In this document: positions 9,551-19,623 of the stretch, in pieces
Numbering within the stretch: the first letter of the stretch is position 1
Layout: the number at the start of each line of letters is the position of its first letter
Source: Paracoccaceae bacterium
Lineage (GTDB): Bacteria > Pseudomonadota > Alphaproteobacteria > Rhodobacterales > Rhodobacteraceae
DNA length: 64,000 bases
NCBI GenBank assembly: GCA_034111185.1
Contig: JAWUXS010000026.1
Span: 49,814 to 113,813 of the forward strand
Direction: 5' to 3'
The notes under the pieces: generated by a model
Databases searched by the model: none
The model's input: only the letters and a program-made list of their open reading frames with translations
What the model was told of the DNA's origin: nothing
Program-made: the position numbers and the translations under genes

Positions 9551-10363
9551 ATGAGCATTAATGATGATGATTTGGTTCTGGTTGATCCGGACAACCCGCC
9601 GGCCCCTTTAACGCCCGAAGCGAAGGCTGCAATCGCAGCGCTTGTGACACGGCAAAAACGTGCGAATGGCCTGCTGATGCGGGCAATTAACTATGTTGGT
9701 GGGCAGGTCGAAGACGGGCTTAAGATGTTGCCCCAATCCGTACGCGGACAAATCGACGGTGCAGCAAAGGTAGCGCTTGAGAAAAGTTACCAAGCCGCGG
9801 AACGATCACGCGGTGGTGCGATGGCGAAATTCGCGGGCTCTGACCAAATGCACAAGGTTTTGGGTGCGGTTTCCGGTGCGCTGGGCGGGATAGGCGGCTT
9901 GCCGACTGCATTGGTCGAACTGCCCGTTGCTACCACAGTTATTTTTCGCGCAGTTCAGAGCGTCGCGGAAAGCTATGGCGAGGACCCAACAAGCGAGGAA
10001 ACGCGGCTTGAGTGCCTTGCCGTTTTTGGATCAGGTGGCCCGGGGTCTGAGGATGACGGCGTTGATACATCGTTCATCGGTGCACGGCTTAGCCTATCGG
10101 GCGCGGCTGTGAATACGTTGATTAGCCGTGTCGCGCCCAAGTTTGGCGCTGTGCTGTCGCAAAAGCTGGCGACGCAGGCTGTGCCTATCTTGGGCGCTGC
10201 GGCGGGTGCTGGGACAAATTTCGCCTTTGTGGATTACTATGTCAGCATGGCACATGTGCATTTTGGCTTGCGCCAGATCGCACGCGAACACGGGCCCGAG
10301 GCTGTCGCGGCTGAATTTCATAATCGGCTTGTGACCAAAGATATCCCCGTCAAACGGGCCTAG
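9551..10363 (+). CDS. EcsC family protein
   Basis: GALGGIGGLPTALVELP, FRAVQ, QAVPILGAAAGAGTN. Confidence 0.8.
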   Translation: MSINDDDLVLVDPDNPPAPLTPEAKAAIAALVTRQKRANGLLMRAINYVGGQVEDGLKMLPQSVRGQIDGAAKVALEKSYQAAERSRGGAMAKFAGSDQMHKVLGAVSGALGGIGGLPTALVELPVATTVIFRAVQSVAESYGEDPTSEETRLECLAVFGSGGPGSEDDGVDTSFIGARLSLSGAAVNTLISRVAPKFGAVLSQKLATQAVPILGAAAGAGTNFAFVDYYVSMAHVHFGLRQIAREHGPEAVAAEFHNRLVTKDIPVKRA

Positions 10364-12600
10364 ACCTGATAGGCAAGCCAATCAGCCACGGCGCGGCGGA
10401 CGGACGGATCACCTGCCTCGCGTGAGGCATCCATGATTTCGCGGACTTCGTTTAGGTCAACGCGACGTAGCACGTGTTTGACCGGACCGACCGACGCAGG
10501 GCGCATCGATAACGTACGAAACCCAATAGCTGCAAAGCATAATGCCTCAACAGGTCGGCCAGCGTCTTCACCACAGAATGACACGGGCGTTCCAGCTTTG
10601 TTGCAACGATCCACAATCCCTTCGAGGAAACCAAGAAACGCAGGGTTCAGCGTGTCGTAGCGTTTGCGAACCCTCTCGTTCTCGCGGTCAGCGGCAAAAA
10701 AGAACTGCTTAAGATCATTGCCACCGATTGAGACAAAATCGACCTCTTCAAAGAACGCATCTGGTGCAAAGGCAATGGATGGCGTTTCCAGCATTGCGCC
10801 CACTTCGAGCTTGGAAGGCAATGGGTGGCCAAGGATGGTTTCGCGGTCCATCGCCTTTTTCATCTCGGCTTTGGCGGCGCGGAATTCTTCGATTTGTGCA
10901 ATGAACGGGAACATCACAGTAAGTGGCCCACCGTTCGACGCACGGATTAGCGCCTGTAGCTGCATCCGCAAAACACCCGGTTTGTCTAGGCCCACGCGGA
11001 TCGCGCGCCAGCCCATCGCTGGGTTGGGTTCGTCGTTGGGCTTCATGTAGGGCAGGACCTTGTCAGATCCGATATCAAGGGTGCGGAATGCAACGCGCTT
11101 GCCTTTGGCCGCATCAATGACGCGGGCGTATAGGGTCGAAAGTTCGTTCCGGCGGGGCATTTGGTTGCGGATCAAGAATTGCAGCTCGGTGCGGAATAGG
11201 CCCACACCCTCGGCGCCTGATCCGTCGAGAGAAGGCAGGTCGGCCATAAGACCCGCGTTCATCGCAAGCGAAATTGTGGTGCCGCATTTGGTCGTCGCAG
11301 GCAGATCGCGGATTGATGCATAGCGTTCTTGTGCGGCGGCCTGCATCGCGATCTTTTCGCCAAACGCGCTTTGAACAGTTTCGTCGGGGCGCAGGTGCAC
11401 GATGCCTTGGTCGCCGTCCACAAGGATTGCGTTGCCGTTCAATGCCTCTGACGTGATGCCCTTGGCGTTGATCACAAGCGGGATAGCCCAAGCACGCGCT
11501 ACGATAGTTGCATGTGAACCGACCGAGCCTTCTTCGAGCACGATACCTTTGAGGGTTTTTCCGTACTCGAGCAGTTCGCCCGGGCCGATGTTGCGGGCCA
11601 CAAGGATCGCGTTTGCCGGAATTTCGCCAGCGTCTGTGCCTTGACCAGTTAGAATGCGCAAAAGCCGGTTGGACAGATCATCAAGGTCATTCACCCTCTC
11701 ACGCATATATGCGTTGCCAGATCGTCCGAGACGGGCGCGGGCAAGGGATTGTTCTTTCTCAACCGCAGCCTCGGCGCTCAGGCCGTTTTCAACGTCAGCC
11801 TCCATCCGGCGCAACCAGCTGCGCGAATGTGCAAATTCGCGGTACGTTTCGAGGATTTCGGTCTGCTCGCCTTTGACTGTTGCAGCGGCTGATAACATTT
11901 CGTCGATACTCGCCCGAAGCTCGACTACTGCGTCACTTAGGCGTGTGTGTTCGGTCTCGGGGTCGTCGGCAATAGGGTTTGTGACGACGACACGTGGTTC
12001 GTGCAAGAACACGGTACCTGATGCAGCACCTTCTTGACCTGCAGAGCCGCGAAATAGGGTTGGGCGTTGGTGTCGCGCCATTAGGGCAGCACCTTCGCCG
12101 ACGAATGCACCCAGTTCGGTCATTTCAGCCAGAACCATCGCAACCACTTCGAGTGCGTAAACCTCGTCTGCGGTGAATTCACGGGCATCGCGCGACTGGA
12201 CAACGATAACACCCAGCGCGTCGCCAAGGCGTTGGATCGGCACACCACAGAACGAAGAATACCGTTCCTCGCCAGTTTCAGGCATATAGCGAAAGCCCTT
12301 GGCGGATGGTGCATCAGGCGTGTTGATGACACGGCGGTAGCGTGCGGTGCGACCAACAAGGCCCTCGCCAAGACGCAGGCGGGTTTTGTGCACGGATTCA
12401 GCCTGCAGGCCTTCAGTCGCGCAAAGCTCTAGGGTTTCGGCGTCGCGGAAAAGATAGATTGAGCACACTTCGGTGCGCATTGAGGCGGCAATAATTCCTA
12501 CAATACGGTCCAGACGCGCCTGACCGGCGCTGTCTTCGGCCAAGGCCGTACGCAGCTTGCCCAAAAGCTTTCTGCTCTCGGTTTCGATCTTTTCTGGCAT
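10360..12600 (-). CDS. ptsP: phosphoenolpyruvate-protein phosphotransferase EI(Ntr) with GAF domain
   Basis: N-terminal GAF (EVCSIY, GEGLVG), GSVGSHATIVAR phospho-His, GVGLFRTE, NPAMGWRAIR, SIGGNDL. Confidence 0.96.
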   Translation of the reverse strand: MPEKIETESRKLLGKLRTALAEDSAGQARLDRIVGIIAASMRTEVCSIYLFRDAETLELCATEGLQAESVHKTRLRLGEGLVGRTARYRRVINTPDAPSAKGFRYMPETGEERYSSFCGVPIQRLGDALGVIVVQSRDAREFTADEVYALEVVAMVLAEMTELGAFVGEGAALMARHQRPTLFRGSAGQEGAASGTVFLHEPRVVVTNPIADDPETEHTRLSDAVVELRASIDEMLSAAATVKGEQTEILETYREFAHSRSWLRRMEADVENGLSAEAAVEKEQSLARARLGRSGNAYMRERVNDLDDLSNRLLRILTGQGTDAGEIPANAILVARNIGPGELLEYGKTLKGIVLEEGSVGSHATIVARAWAIPLVINAKGITSEALNGNAILVDGDQGIVHLRPDETVQSAFGEKIAMQAAAQERYASIRDLPATTKCGTTISLAMNAGLMADLPSLDGSGAEGVGLFRTELQFLIRNQMPRRNELSTLYARVIDAAKGKRVAFRTLDIGSDKVLPYMKPNDEPNPAMGWRAIRVGLDKPGVLRMQLQALIRASNGGPLTVMFPFIAQIEEFRAAKAEMKKAMDRETILGHPLPSKLEVGAMLETPSIAFAPDAFFEEVDFVSIGGNDLKQFFFAADRENERVRKRYDTLNPAFLGFLEGIVDRCNKAGTPVSFCGEDAGRPVEALCFAAIGFRTLSMRPASVGPVKHVLRRVDLNEVREIMDASREAGDPSVRRAVADWLAYQV

Positions 12601-12738
12601 TCTGCCCCCTCATTTGCAAAGGACTTAGCCTAAGCACCCGCAGTATAATGCACGTATGGCGAGAAGTAGAGAGGCAATAGAGGTACAACCGCGGCGGATG
12701 CACCCGCCGCGTAAAAAATGGGCAGCAGGTGTATGTTT

Positions 12739-13977
12739 TTAAGCTACTTTTTCGAGCTCGAACGCGTCGTGCAATGCTTGCACGGCAAGTTCCATGTACT
12801 TGCGGTCAATCAAAACTGAGATCTTGATCTCTGATGTGGTGATGACTTTGATGTTGATGCCTTCGGCCTGAAGCGCCTTAAACATCTGCGCTGCAACGCC
12901 CGCGTGGCTGCGCATGCCAATACCAACAACGGATACTTTGCAAACGCCGTCATCTGTTACCAGATCATGGTAGTTAATGTCGCCGTTTTTCATCGCGTCA
13001 GCCATTGCTTGGCCTGCGCGTAGAACCTGATCTGTTGGGCACGAAAAGGTCATGTCGGTGCGACCTTCCTCGGATATGTTTTGAACGATCATATCGACGT
13101 TCACGCCTGCATCAGCTAGTGGGCCAAAGATTGCGGCGGCGATACCGGGGCGGTCAGCCACGGAAATCAGGGTCATCTTTGCCTCATCACGTGAATAGGC
13201 GACACCTGCGACAGCATTTTGTTCCATGATTTCCTCCTCAGCGCAGACAAGCGTTCCCGCCTCGTCTGATGGTTCTTCAAATGATGAAAGTACGCGTAGA
13301 CGTACCTTATAGCGCATTGCCAACTCAACCGAGCGGGTTTGCAGAACTTTGGCGCCCAATGATGCCAGCTCAAGCATTTCTTCGTATGAAATCTTGTCTA
13401 GCTTGCGGGCCTTATCGGTGATGCGCGGGTCTGTGGTGTAGACACCGTCAACGTCAGTGTAGATATCGCAGCGTTCTGCCTCGAATGCGGCTGCGAAAGC
13501 AACGGCTGTGGTATCTGAACCACCGCGACCCAGCGTTGTGATGCGGCCTTCGGGGCTGACGCCTTGGAAGCCTGCAACAACAGCCACACGGTCACCTGCA
13601 GCGAACTTGGCGCGAATGTTGTCGGGGATGATGTCTTCGATCCGTGCGGATGAATGCGCAGATGTAGTCTGCACAGGGACTTGCCAGCCTTGCCAGCTGC
13701 GGGCAGGGATTTCCATTTCTTGCAGGCGCATTGCCATCAGGCCAGCAGTCACGTTTTCGCCCGATGACACAACCGCATCATATTCGCGCGCGTCATAAAG
13801 TGGCGAGGTTTCGTTGACCCAGCCGACAAGCTCGTTTGTTTTGCCCGACATCGCAGAGACAATGACGATCACGTCAAAGCCTTTGGACACTTCGAGGGCC
13901 ACGCGCTTAGCCGCGCGGGCGATCCGGTCGAGGTTGGCGACGGATGTTCCGCCGAATTTCATCACTAGCGTTGGCAT
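12739..13977 (-). CDS. lysC: aspartate kinase
   Basis: VMKFGGTSV, TTLGRGGSDTTA, YTDVDGVYTTDP, two C-terminal ACT domains. Confidence 0.97.
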   Translation of the reverse strand: MPTLVMKFGGTSVANLDRIARAAKRVALEVSKGFDVIVIVSAMSGKTNELVGWVNETSPLYDAREYDAVVSSGENVTAGLMAMRLQEMEIPARSWQGWQVPVQTTSAHSSARIEDIIPDNIRAKFAAGDRVAVVAGFQGVSPEGRITTLGRGGSDTTAVAFAAAFEAERCDIYTDVDGVYTTDPRITDKARKLDKISYEEMLELASLGAKVLQTRSVELAMRYKVRLRVLSSFEEPSDEAGTLVCAEEEIMEQNAVAGVAYSRDEAKMTLISVADRPGIAAAIFGPLADAGVNVDMIVQNISEEGRTDMTFSCPTDQVLRAGQAMADAMKNGDINYHDLVTDDGVCKVSVVGIGMRSHAGVAAQMFKALQAEGINIKVITTSEIKISVLIDRKYMELAVQALHDAFELEKVA

Positions 13978-14189
13978 ATCAGGTCCTTGCGATCAGGGGT
14001 TTGAGCTGACCGTTGAATTGCGCGCTTTGAATAGTCCGAAAGGACGGGGCAGGGCAATGCAGGTTTGACCAAAAGAGGCACCCTTTCAGGCGGCACCCCG
14101 TGTTTTGTCGGTTTATTTGACTATTGGGCAGGCAAGCGACGAGGGTTTTCGTTGGTGAGTGCCTTATTTTTAAGCAGCCAGCAAAGAAT

Positions 14190-14840
14190 TTAGATCGCGT
14201 GGGGGCGGCCATCCCAGTTTTCAAAGCATCCTGTCGTGGCCATTGAGAGAGCATCGAAGCGTGCCGACAATCCGGTTGCGGCAGCTTCGGGCGTGATTGC
14301 AGCGGTGCTGCCGCCCATATCGGTTTGCACCCATCCGGGATGGTAGATGCCGACTGAAACGCCGTCAGATTTCAGCGCGACGGACAGGTTGAGGCCAAGA
14401 TTAAGCACGGCGGCTTTGCTTGCGCGGTAGATAAATCCGTCGCCTGCGGTCTTGGTGCTGGACCCCATCTGAGAGGAGATTATCGCGATCTTGCCGTTCG
14501 CTGCTTTTAGATTTGGTAGAACCGCTTGGATCGTTTGAAATACGCCTGTGACATTCGTGGCAAAGCCGTCGGCCCACATGTCGGCGGGATAGCCGCTTTC
14601 CAAAGTCTCGTTCCGGTCGGCGAAAATGCCAGCGTTACAAACCAGCAGATCAAGCGGGGCATCGCCATAGGCTGCTGCCATATCGTGCAGGGATTTAGGG
14701 TCAGTGACATCAAGCTGCAAGAACCCCTCTGACGGGGCTTGGCGGGTAGTGCCCGTAACAGTTGCGCCTTTGGCTAAGTATTGACTGCGCAGTTCTGCGC
14801 CAATGCCACGGTTTGCACCAGTGATAAGGATGTCTTGCAT
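14190..14840 (-). CDS. short-chain dehydrogenase/reductase (CsgA-like)
   Basis: ITGANRGIG, NAG, YRASK, HPGWVQTDMGG. Confidence 0.9.
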   Translation of the reverse strand: MQDILITGANRGIGAELRSQYLAKGATVTGTTRQAPSEGFLQLDVTDPKSLHDMAAAYGDAPLDLLVCNAGIFADRNETLESGYPADMWADGFATNVTGVFQTIQAVLPNLKAANGKIAIISSQMGSSTKTAGDGFIYRASKAAVLNLGLNLSVALKSDGVSVGIYHPGWVQTDMGGSTAAITPEAAATGLSARFDALSMATTGCFENWDGRPHAI

Positions 14841-14843
14841 CGT

Positions 14844-15269
14844 CTAATTGACCTTTTTAGTAGGCACGAAAGGAAGCGGCATGATTGGCACACCGTCTTG
14901 CACCAGCTTAAGTGCCTCGGCGCCGTTGGCTGTGCCGTGAATTGCGCGTTCGGGTATATCGCCATCATGCATCGCGCGGGCCTCGTTTGCGAAACTTGGC
15001 CCAACGTAATCTGAGTTCTTTTCGACCTCATCGCGGATGGCTGCGATTTTGGTTTCAGTATCGTTGACAGGGTCGACCAATGGACGGGGTGCCGCGGTGG
15101 CATCCGTGACCTGCACGTTGGGGGCCATCAAGGTTTTTGAAACGGTCGCCGAGCCGCAGATTGCACAATTCAGCATCCCAGCCTTAGCCAAGCTATCGAA
15201 GGCATCATTGGACGCAAACCAGCTATCGAACTGGTGGTCTTTGTCACATTTAAGATGAAATCGGATCAT
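14844..15269 (-). CDS. DUF1178 family protein
   Basis: MIRFHLKC..HQFDSWF, CAICGS, KTLMAP, YVG..FANEARAMH. Confidence 0.88.
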   Translation of the reverse strand: MIRFHLKCDKDHQFDSWFASNDAFDSLAKAGMLNCAICGSATVSKTLMAPNVQVTDATAAPRPLVDPVNDTETKIAAIRDEVEKNSDYVGPSFANEARAMHDGDIPERAIHGTANGAEALKLVQDGVPIMPLPFVPTKKVN

Positions 15270-15332
15270 GAATTACGGGCCTGATAAGCTGTAAAACAGT
15301 TTAGAGCGCATACGGTTATGTGCAAGGCCCGC

Positions 15333-15824
15333 TTAGCTGCGTTTTAGCTTTGCAGGGTCAAAGTTTGCTATGATTTGCTTCAACTCCGGCTCGTCCACTT
15401 TTTGGGCGGCGCGCGCTTGGCTGAACCATTTGCGTTTGCGTTGTGATTTTTCGGGCCAATCGGTGTGGATGCTTTTTACACGGATCGGATAGACCAACGA
15501 CATGATAGGCAGCTCGCGGTCTTTCACTGGTTTGTTGTAGCTGTAGGCACCGATGCACGTATCAAAGACCTTGCCTGTCAGGCCTGCTTCTTCCCATGCT
15601 TCGGTTGCGGCGGCATCTGCGGGCGTCTGTTTGTGCATTGGCCACCCCTTGGGCGGTATCCAACGTCCGGTGCCACGGCTGGTAATCAGGCAGATTTGAA
15701 GCTCATCGCGCTTGTAACGGTAACAAAGTGCTGCGAATTGTGTACGCACGTCGGTCTTGGCTGCACCATGTAGGTGCAGGCGTCGGGCCTTTTTCTTGAC
15801 CTTAGGAGGGCGCGTCTTGGTCAT
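15333..15824 (-). CDS. NUDIX hydrolase
   Basis: LITSRGTGRWIPPKGW...AAATEAWEEAG Nudix box, WPEK..RKRKW; start uncertain (ATG 15824 or GTG 15836). Confidence 0.87.
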   Translation of the reverse strand: MTKTRPPKVKKKARRLHLHGAAKTDVRTQFAALCYRYKRDELQICLITSRGTGRWIPPKGWPMHKQTPADAAATEAWEEAGLTGKVFDTCIGAYSYNKPVKDRELPIMSLVYPIRVKSIHTDWPEKSQRKRKWFSQARAAQKVDEPELKQIIANFDPAKLKRS

Positions 15825-15884
15825 CGTGAACGTCACTAACTGCTCTTTTCGCCGGATATGACATATTCGCAAGGTATTGCCCAG

Positions 15885-17018
15885 ATGAACGCCAGCCAGC
15901 CGCAGCCGCTTTTTATCGGGTCCGAGATTTACCGCAGGTCGAGTTATGGTGACGCACATCCGTTGCGGGTGCCACGCGTGTCGACTGTTATGGATCTTAC
16001 GCGGGCGCTGGGTTGGTTACCCGCGTCGCAATTTCGGGTGTCGCCCAAGGTTAAGCCTGCGGCATTGGTTGGGTTTCATACGGCTGAATATATCGCGGCA
16101 CTTGTGGCGGCTGAACAGGCGCAAGCGGCCAGTGAAGTTGTTCGCATACGGCACGGGCTTGGCACGCCGTCAAACCCGGTATTTCCTGAAATGTATGCAA
16201 GGCCTGCGACATCTGCAGGGGCAGTGATGCTTGCGGGTGAGCTGTTGGCGAAGGGTGGCACGATCTATGCGCCCGGTGGTGGGACGCATCACGGGATGCC
16301 AGATTATGCCAATGGATTTTGCTATCTGAATGATCCGGTGTTGGCGATCCAATCGTTGCGGCGCAATGGTGCACAGCGTGTGGCCTATGTCGACATTGAT
16401 GCCCATCATCCCGACGGTGTTGAACACGGGTTTGCCGATGATCCAGATACGCTGCTTGTTTCAGTTCACGAAGAAAACCGCTGGCCGCGCACAGGTGCTT
16501 TGACGGATCGCGGCGTAGGGCAGGTGTGGAACTTGCCTGTGCCGCGCGGGATGTATGACGACGAAATGGCATTGATCCGTGATGATGTGATCTTGCGGTT
16601 GGTTGCGGATTTTAAACCCGATGCGATTGTCCTGCAGTGCGGGGCGGATGCTGTGATGGAAGACCCGCAATCTGGTTTGGGTTTGTCCAATAATGCGCAT
16701 TGGGCCGTGGTTGCCGCGGTGATGGGCATGGCCCCAAGGTACCTTGTATTGGGCGGTGGCGGGTATAATCCGTGGTCCGTTGGCAGGCTTTGGACTGGGG
16801 TTTGGGCGACGTTAAACGGGCATGATGTGCCCGATGTTTTGCCGCCCGAGGCGCAAGAGGTTCTGCGCGCATTGGAATGGACGGGGCAAAAGCGGGTGAA
16901 AACTCCCCCCGCGCATTGGTTGACGACGTTACGTGATGCACCGCGCAGTGGGGCAGTGGGCGACGAAGTAAGGCTGCGCGTAGCCGCATTGCGTGCCCGA
17001 ATGGCCGCGACGGTTTAG
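15885..17018 (+). CDS. acuC: AcuC / histone-deacetylase family Zn-dependent deacylase
   Basis: HPLRVPRV, GGGTHHG, GFCYLND, DIDAHH.DG, QCGAD, GGGGY. Confidence 0.87.
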   Translation: MNASQPQPLFIGSEIYRRSSYGDAHPLRVPRVSTVMDLTRALGWLPASQFRVSPKVKPAALVGFHTAEYIAALVAAEQAQAASEVVRIRHGLGTPSNPVFPEMYARPATSAGAVMLAGELLAKGGTIYAPGGGTHHGMPDYANGFCYLNDPVLAIQSLRRNGAQRVAYVDIDAHHPDGVEHGFADDPDTLLVSVHEENRWPRTGALTDRGVGQVWNLPVPRGMYDDEMALIRDDVILRLVADFKPDAIVLQCGADAVMEDPQSGLGLSNNAHWAVVAAVMGMAPRYLVLGGGGYNPWSVGRLWTGVWATLNGHDVPDVLPPEAQEVLRALEWTGQKRVKTPPAHWLTTLRDAPRSGAVGDEVRLRVAALRARMAATV

Positions 17019-17061
17019 CGTGGCTTGTCACAGGGGCGCGTTGCACCGATAAAGCGGTGTA

Positions 17062-17805
17062 ATGCATTATTTGACCTCATTTCTTCTGATGTTGCTTGTC
17101 ATAGGGCAACCTGCTGCTGCGCGGGATCTTGTGGTCTTTGCTGCGGCTAGCCTGAAGGAACCGCTTGACCAGATTGCTGCCGACTTTGGCGGCGTAACGG
17201 TGTCCTACGGCGGCAGTGGTGCGTTGGCACGGCAGATTGGCTTCGGTGCGCCTGTGGATATTGTGTTGCTTGCAAATGCTGACTGGATGGACGTGCTTGC
17301 AAATGGCGGTGCGATCTTGCCAGAAACGCAGCAGGATTTCGTTTCAAACGCATTGGTGATTGTCGGGCAGCCGGACGCAGATCTGTTGGAATTAACGCCC
17401 GAGGCTATGGTTGCTGCATTGACGGACGGACCATTGGCGATGGGTTTCACAACGTCAGTTCCTGCAGGGATTTACGGGCAGGCGGCGCTTAGCTCGCTTG
17501 GGTTATGGGAAACCGTTTCGCCATTGGTGGCCGAAGTGGACAATGTGCGTGCAGCGCTGGCGCTTGTCGCACGTGGCGAAGCACCACTGGGTGTCGTTTA
17601 TCAAAGCGATGCGCGTGTCGCGCCCCAGCTTGCGGTGGTTGCCAGATTGGCGACTGATACGCATCCGCCAATTAGGTATGTCGGCGCTGTGACCGCTGGT
17701 GCCACGCATCCAAATGCGGCGCTGTTTCTAAAGTGCCTGACGAATGATGCTGGCCAATCGATCTTTGTCGCGGCTGGTTTCTGCCCGTTTGACGGGGGGT
17801 GCTAG
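17062..17805 (+). CDS. modA: molybdate ABC transporter substrate-binding protein
   Basis: Signal peptide, VFAAASL, GGSGALARQI, VPAGIYG, NVRAAL, VYQSDA. Confidence 0.92.
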   Translation: MHYLTSFLLMLLVIGQPAAARDLVVFAAASLKEPLDQIAADFGGVTVSYGGSGALARQIGFGAPVDIVLLANADWMDVLANGGAILPETQQDFVSNALVIVGQPDADLLELTPEAMVAALTDGPLAMGFTTSVPAGIYGQAALSSLGLWETVSPLVAEVDNVRAALALVARGEAPLGVVYQSDARVAPQLAVVARLATDTHPPIRYVGAVTAGATHPNAALFLKCLTNDAGQSIFVAAGFCPFDGGC

Positions 17806-17808
17806 GCG

Positions 17809-18495
17809 ATGGGAACACCCGAACTGTGGATCGTCGTTGGGCTGTCGCTCAAGGTAGCTGTTGTTGCGATGCTGGTCGCGTTGCCGTTTTCGGTAGCCGT
17901 TGCATATGTGCTGGCGCGTAAACGGTTTCGTGGGTGGCATTTGCTGAATGGCTTGGTTCATCTGCCATTGGTTTTACCGCCCGTTGTGACGGGGTATTTG
18001 CTGCTGGTGCTGTTCGGTCGGCAGGGACCGCTGGGTGGAATGCTGTTTGATCTGTTTGGAATTACGTTGGCATTTCGCTGGACAGGAGCAGCCTTGGCTG
18101 CGGGTATAATGGCGTTCCCGTTGATGGTCCGCGCGATCCGTCTTGGGTTTGAGGCGGTTGATCAAGGGCTTGAGCAGGCAGCGGCTACATTGGGTGCATC
18201 GCGCCTGAGGGTGTTTTTTACAGTCACATTACCGCTCGTCATACCTGGTGTTCTCGCTGCGGGTGTTTTGGGTTTTGCCAAGGCGCTGGGCGAGTTTGGC
18301 GCGACGATCACCTTTGTCGCAGCGATCCCTGGTGAAACGCAAACGATCCCATCCGCGATCTATGGATTGCTACAGGTCCCGGGCCAAGAGGGGGGGGTGG
18401 TTACACTAGTTGTATTATCCGTCATCCTTGCGATGGGCGCGCTGATTTTGTCTGAATGGCTTGCCTACCGGATGACGCGAAAGGTGGGTCGCTGA
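17809..18495 (+). CDS. modB: molybdate ABC transporter permease
   Basis: LPLVLPPVVTGY, EQAAATLGA, ALGEFGATI. Confidence 0.95.
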   Translation: MGTPELWIVVGLSLKVAVVAMLVALPFSVAVAYVLARKRFRGWHLLNGLVHLPLVLPPVVTGYLLLVLFGRQGPLGGMLFDLFGITLAFRWTGAALAAGIMAFPLMVRAIRLGFEAVDQGLEQAAATLGASRLRVFFTVTLPLVIPGVLAAGVLGFAKALGEFGATITFVAAIPGETQTIPSAIYGLLQVPGQEGGVVTLVVLSVILAMGALILSEWLAYRMTRKVGR

Positions 18496-19544
18496 TGCTG
18501 GATGTTGCGATCAAAGGCACGCTGGGCGAGACGGTGTTTGATATGGCGTTTACTGCGTCGGACGGTGTGACCGCTATTTTCGGGCCATCAGGTGCGGGCA
18601 AGACGACTGTTGCCAATGCGGTTGCCGGACTTTGGCGACCGGATAAGGGCCGCATCGCTCTGGGTGATAAGGTCTGGTTCGATAGCAATGCGGGCATTTG
18701 GGTGCCGCCGCAAAAGCGCAAGATCGGCTATGTTTTCCAAGATGCGCGGCTGTTCCCCCACATGAGCGTTGCACAAAACCTGCGTTACGGCGGGTCGCAT
18801 GATGCGGCGCGTCTTATTGATCTGCTCGACCTTGCGCACCTTTTGACGCGACGCCCATCAGGGCTGTCGGGCGGTGAAAAGCAACGGGTCGCGATTGCGC
18901 GTGCCTTAATGCGTAACCCTGATTTGATTATCATGGACGAGCCTATGGCCGCACTTGATGGGCCGCGCAAAGCCGATGTGCTGCCATATCTTGAGCATTT
19001 ACGGGATATGTCAGCGGTTCCAATTATTTACGTCAGCCACGCGATGGCCGAAGTATCACGCCTCGCGGAGTCGCTTGTACTGGTCAAAGACGGGAGTGTC
19101 GCGGGTTTTGGCCCGATCAATGAGGTGCTAAGTAACCCTGATAATGCAGGCATGCTAGCTGGTCGTGATCTAGGCGCTGTCATTGCCGCGCGCGTTGATG
19201 GACATGATCATGCGACAAATATCACGACATTAGCCTTCTCAGGCGGTGCGCTGCACCTTGCGGGGATATCTGGATCAATCGGGCAAGAGTTGCGGCTGCG
19301 CATCCCTGCGCAAGACGTGATCTTGTCGTTGAACATGCCGCGGGGCATGTCGGCGTTGAATGTCTTAACCGTTGATATCACATCTGTTTCGGCTGCGGGC
19401 AAAGGGACCGCTTTGATCGGATTGCAGGCGGGGGCAGCATCGCTTTTGGCGCAGATAACCGAACATTCGGCAAAGACGATGCATTTGGAGGCAGGTCAGC
19501 AAGTCTATGCAATTGTCAAAGCGACTGCGGTTGCGCCGACGTAA
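18495..19544 (+). CDS. modC: molybdate ABC transporter ATPase
   Basis: GPSGAGKTT, FQDARLFPH, LSGGEKQR, MDEP, C-terminal TOBE/mop domains; ATG overlaps modB stop. Confidence 0.93.
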   Translation: MLDVAIKGTLGETVFDMAFTASDGVTAIFGPSGAGKTTVANAVAGLWRPDKGRIALGDKVWFDSNAGIWVPPQKRKIGYVFQDARLFPHMSVAQNLRYGGSHDAARLIDLLDLAHLLTRRPSGLSGGEKQRVAIARALMRNPDLIIMDEPMAALDGPRKADVLPYLEHLRDMSAVPIIYVSHAMAEVSRLAESLVLVKDGSVAGFGPINEVLSNPDNAGMLAGRDLGAVIAARVDGHDHATNITTLAFSGGALHLAGISGSIGQELRLRIPAQDVILSLNMPRGMSALNVLTVDITSVSAAGKGTALIGLQAGAASLLAQITEHSAKTMHLEAGQQVYAIVKATAVAPT

Positions 19545-19623
19545 CATGGCGGGCCTTGTGAGGCCGCGCCTGCCTGCTTATTACGCTTGATTACTAAGGC
19601 AAGCTGGATGGAAAGTCACCCGT

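Noticed and set aside
12613-12620. Single TTTGCAAA (PccR-like box) upstream of ptsP, and another in the 8303-8337 terminator loop
   Set aside because: Isolated 8-mers are expected about once per 64 kb by chance, and there is no tandem arrangement.
13978-14190. Lysine riboswitch upstream of lysC
   Set aside because: No AGAGGUGC/loop-E signature and too little space; the apparent promoter is only about 50 nt from the start codon.
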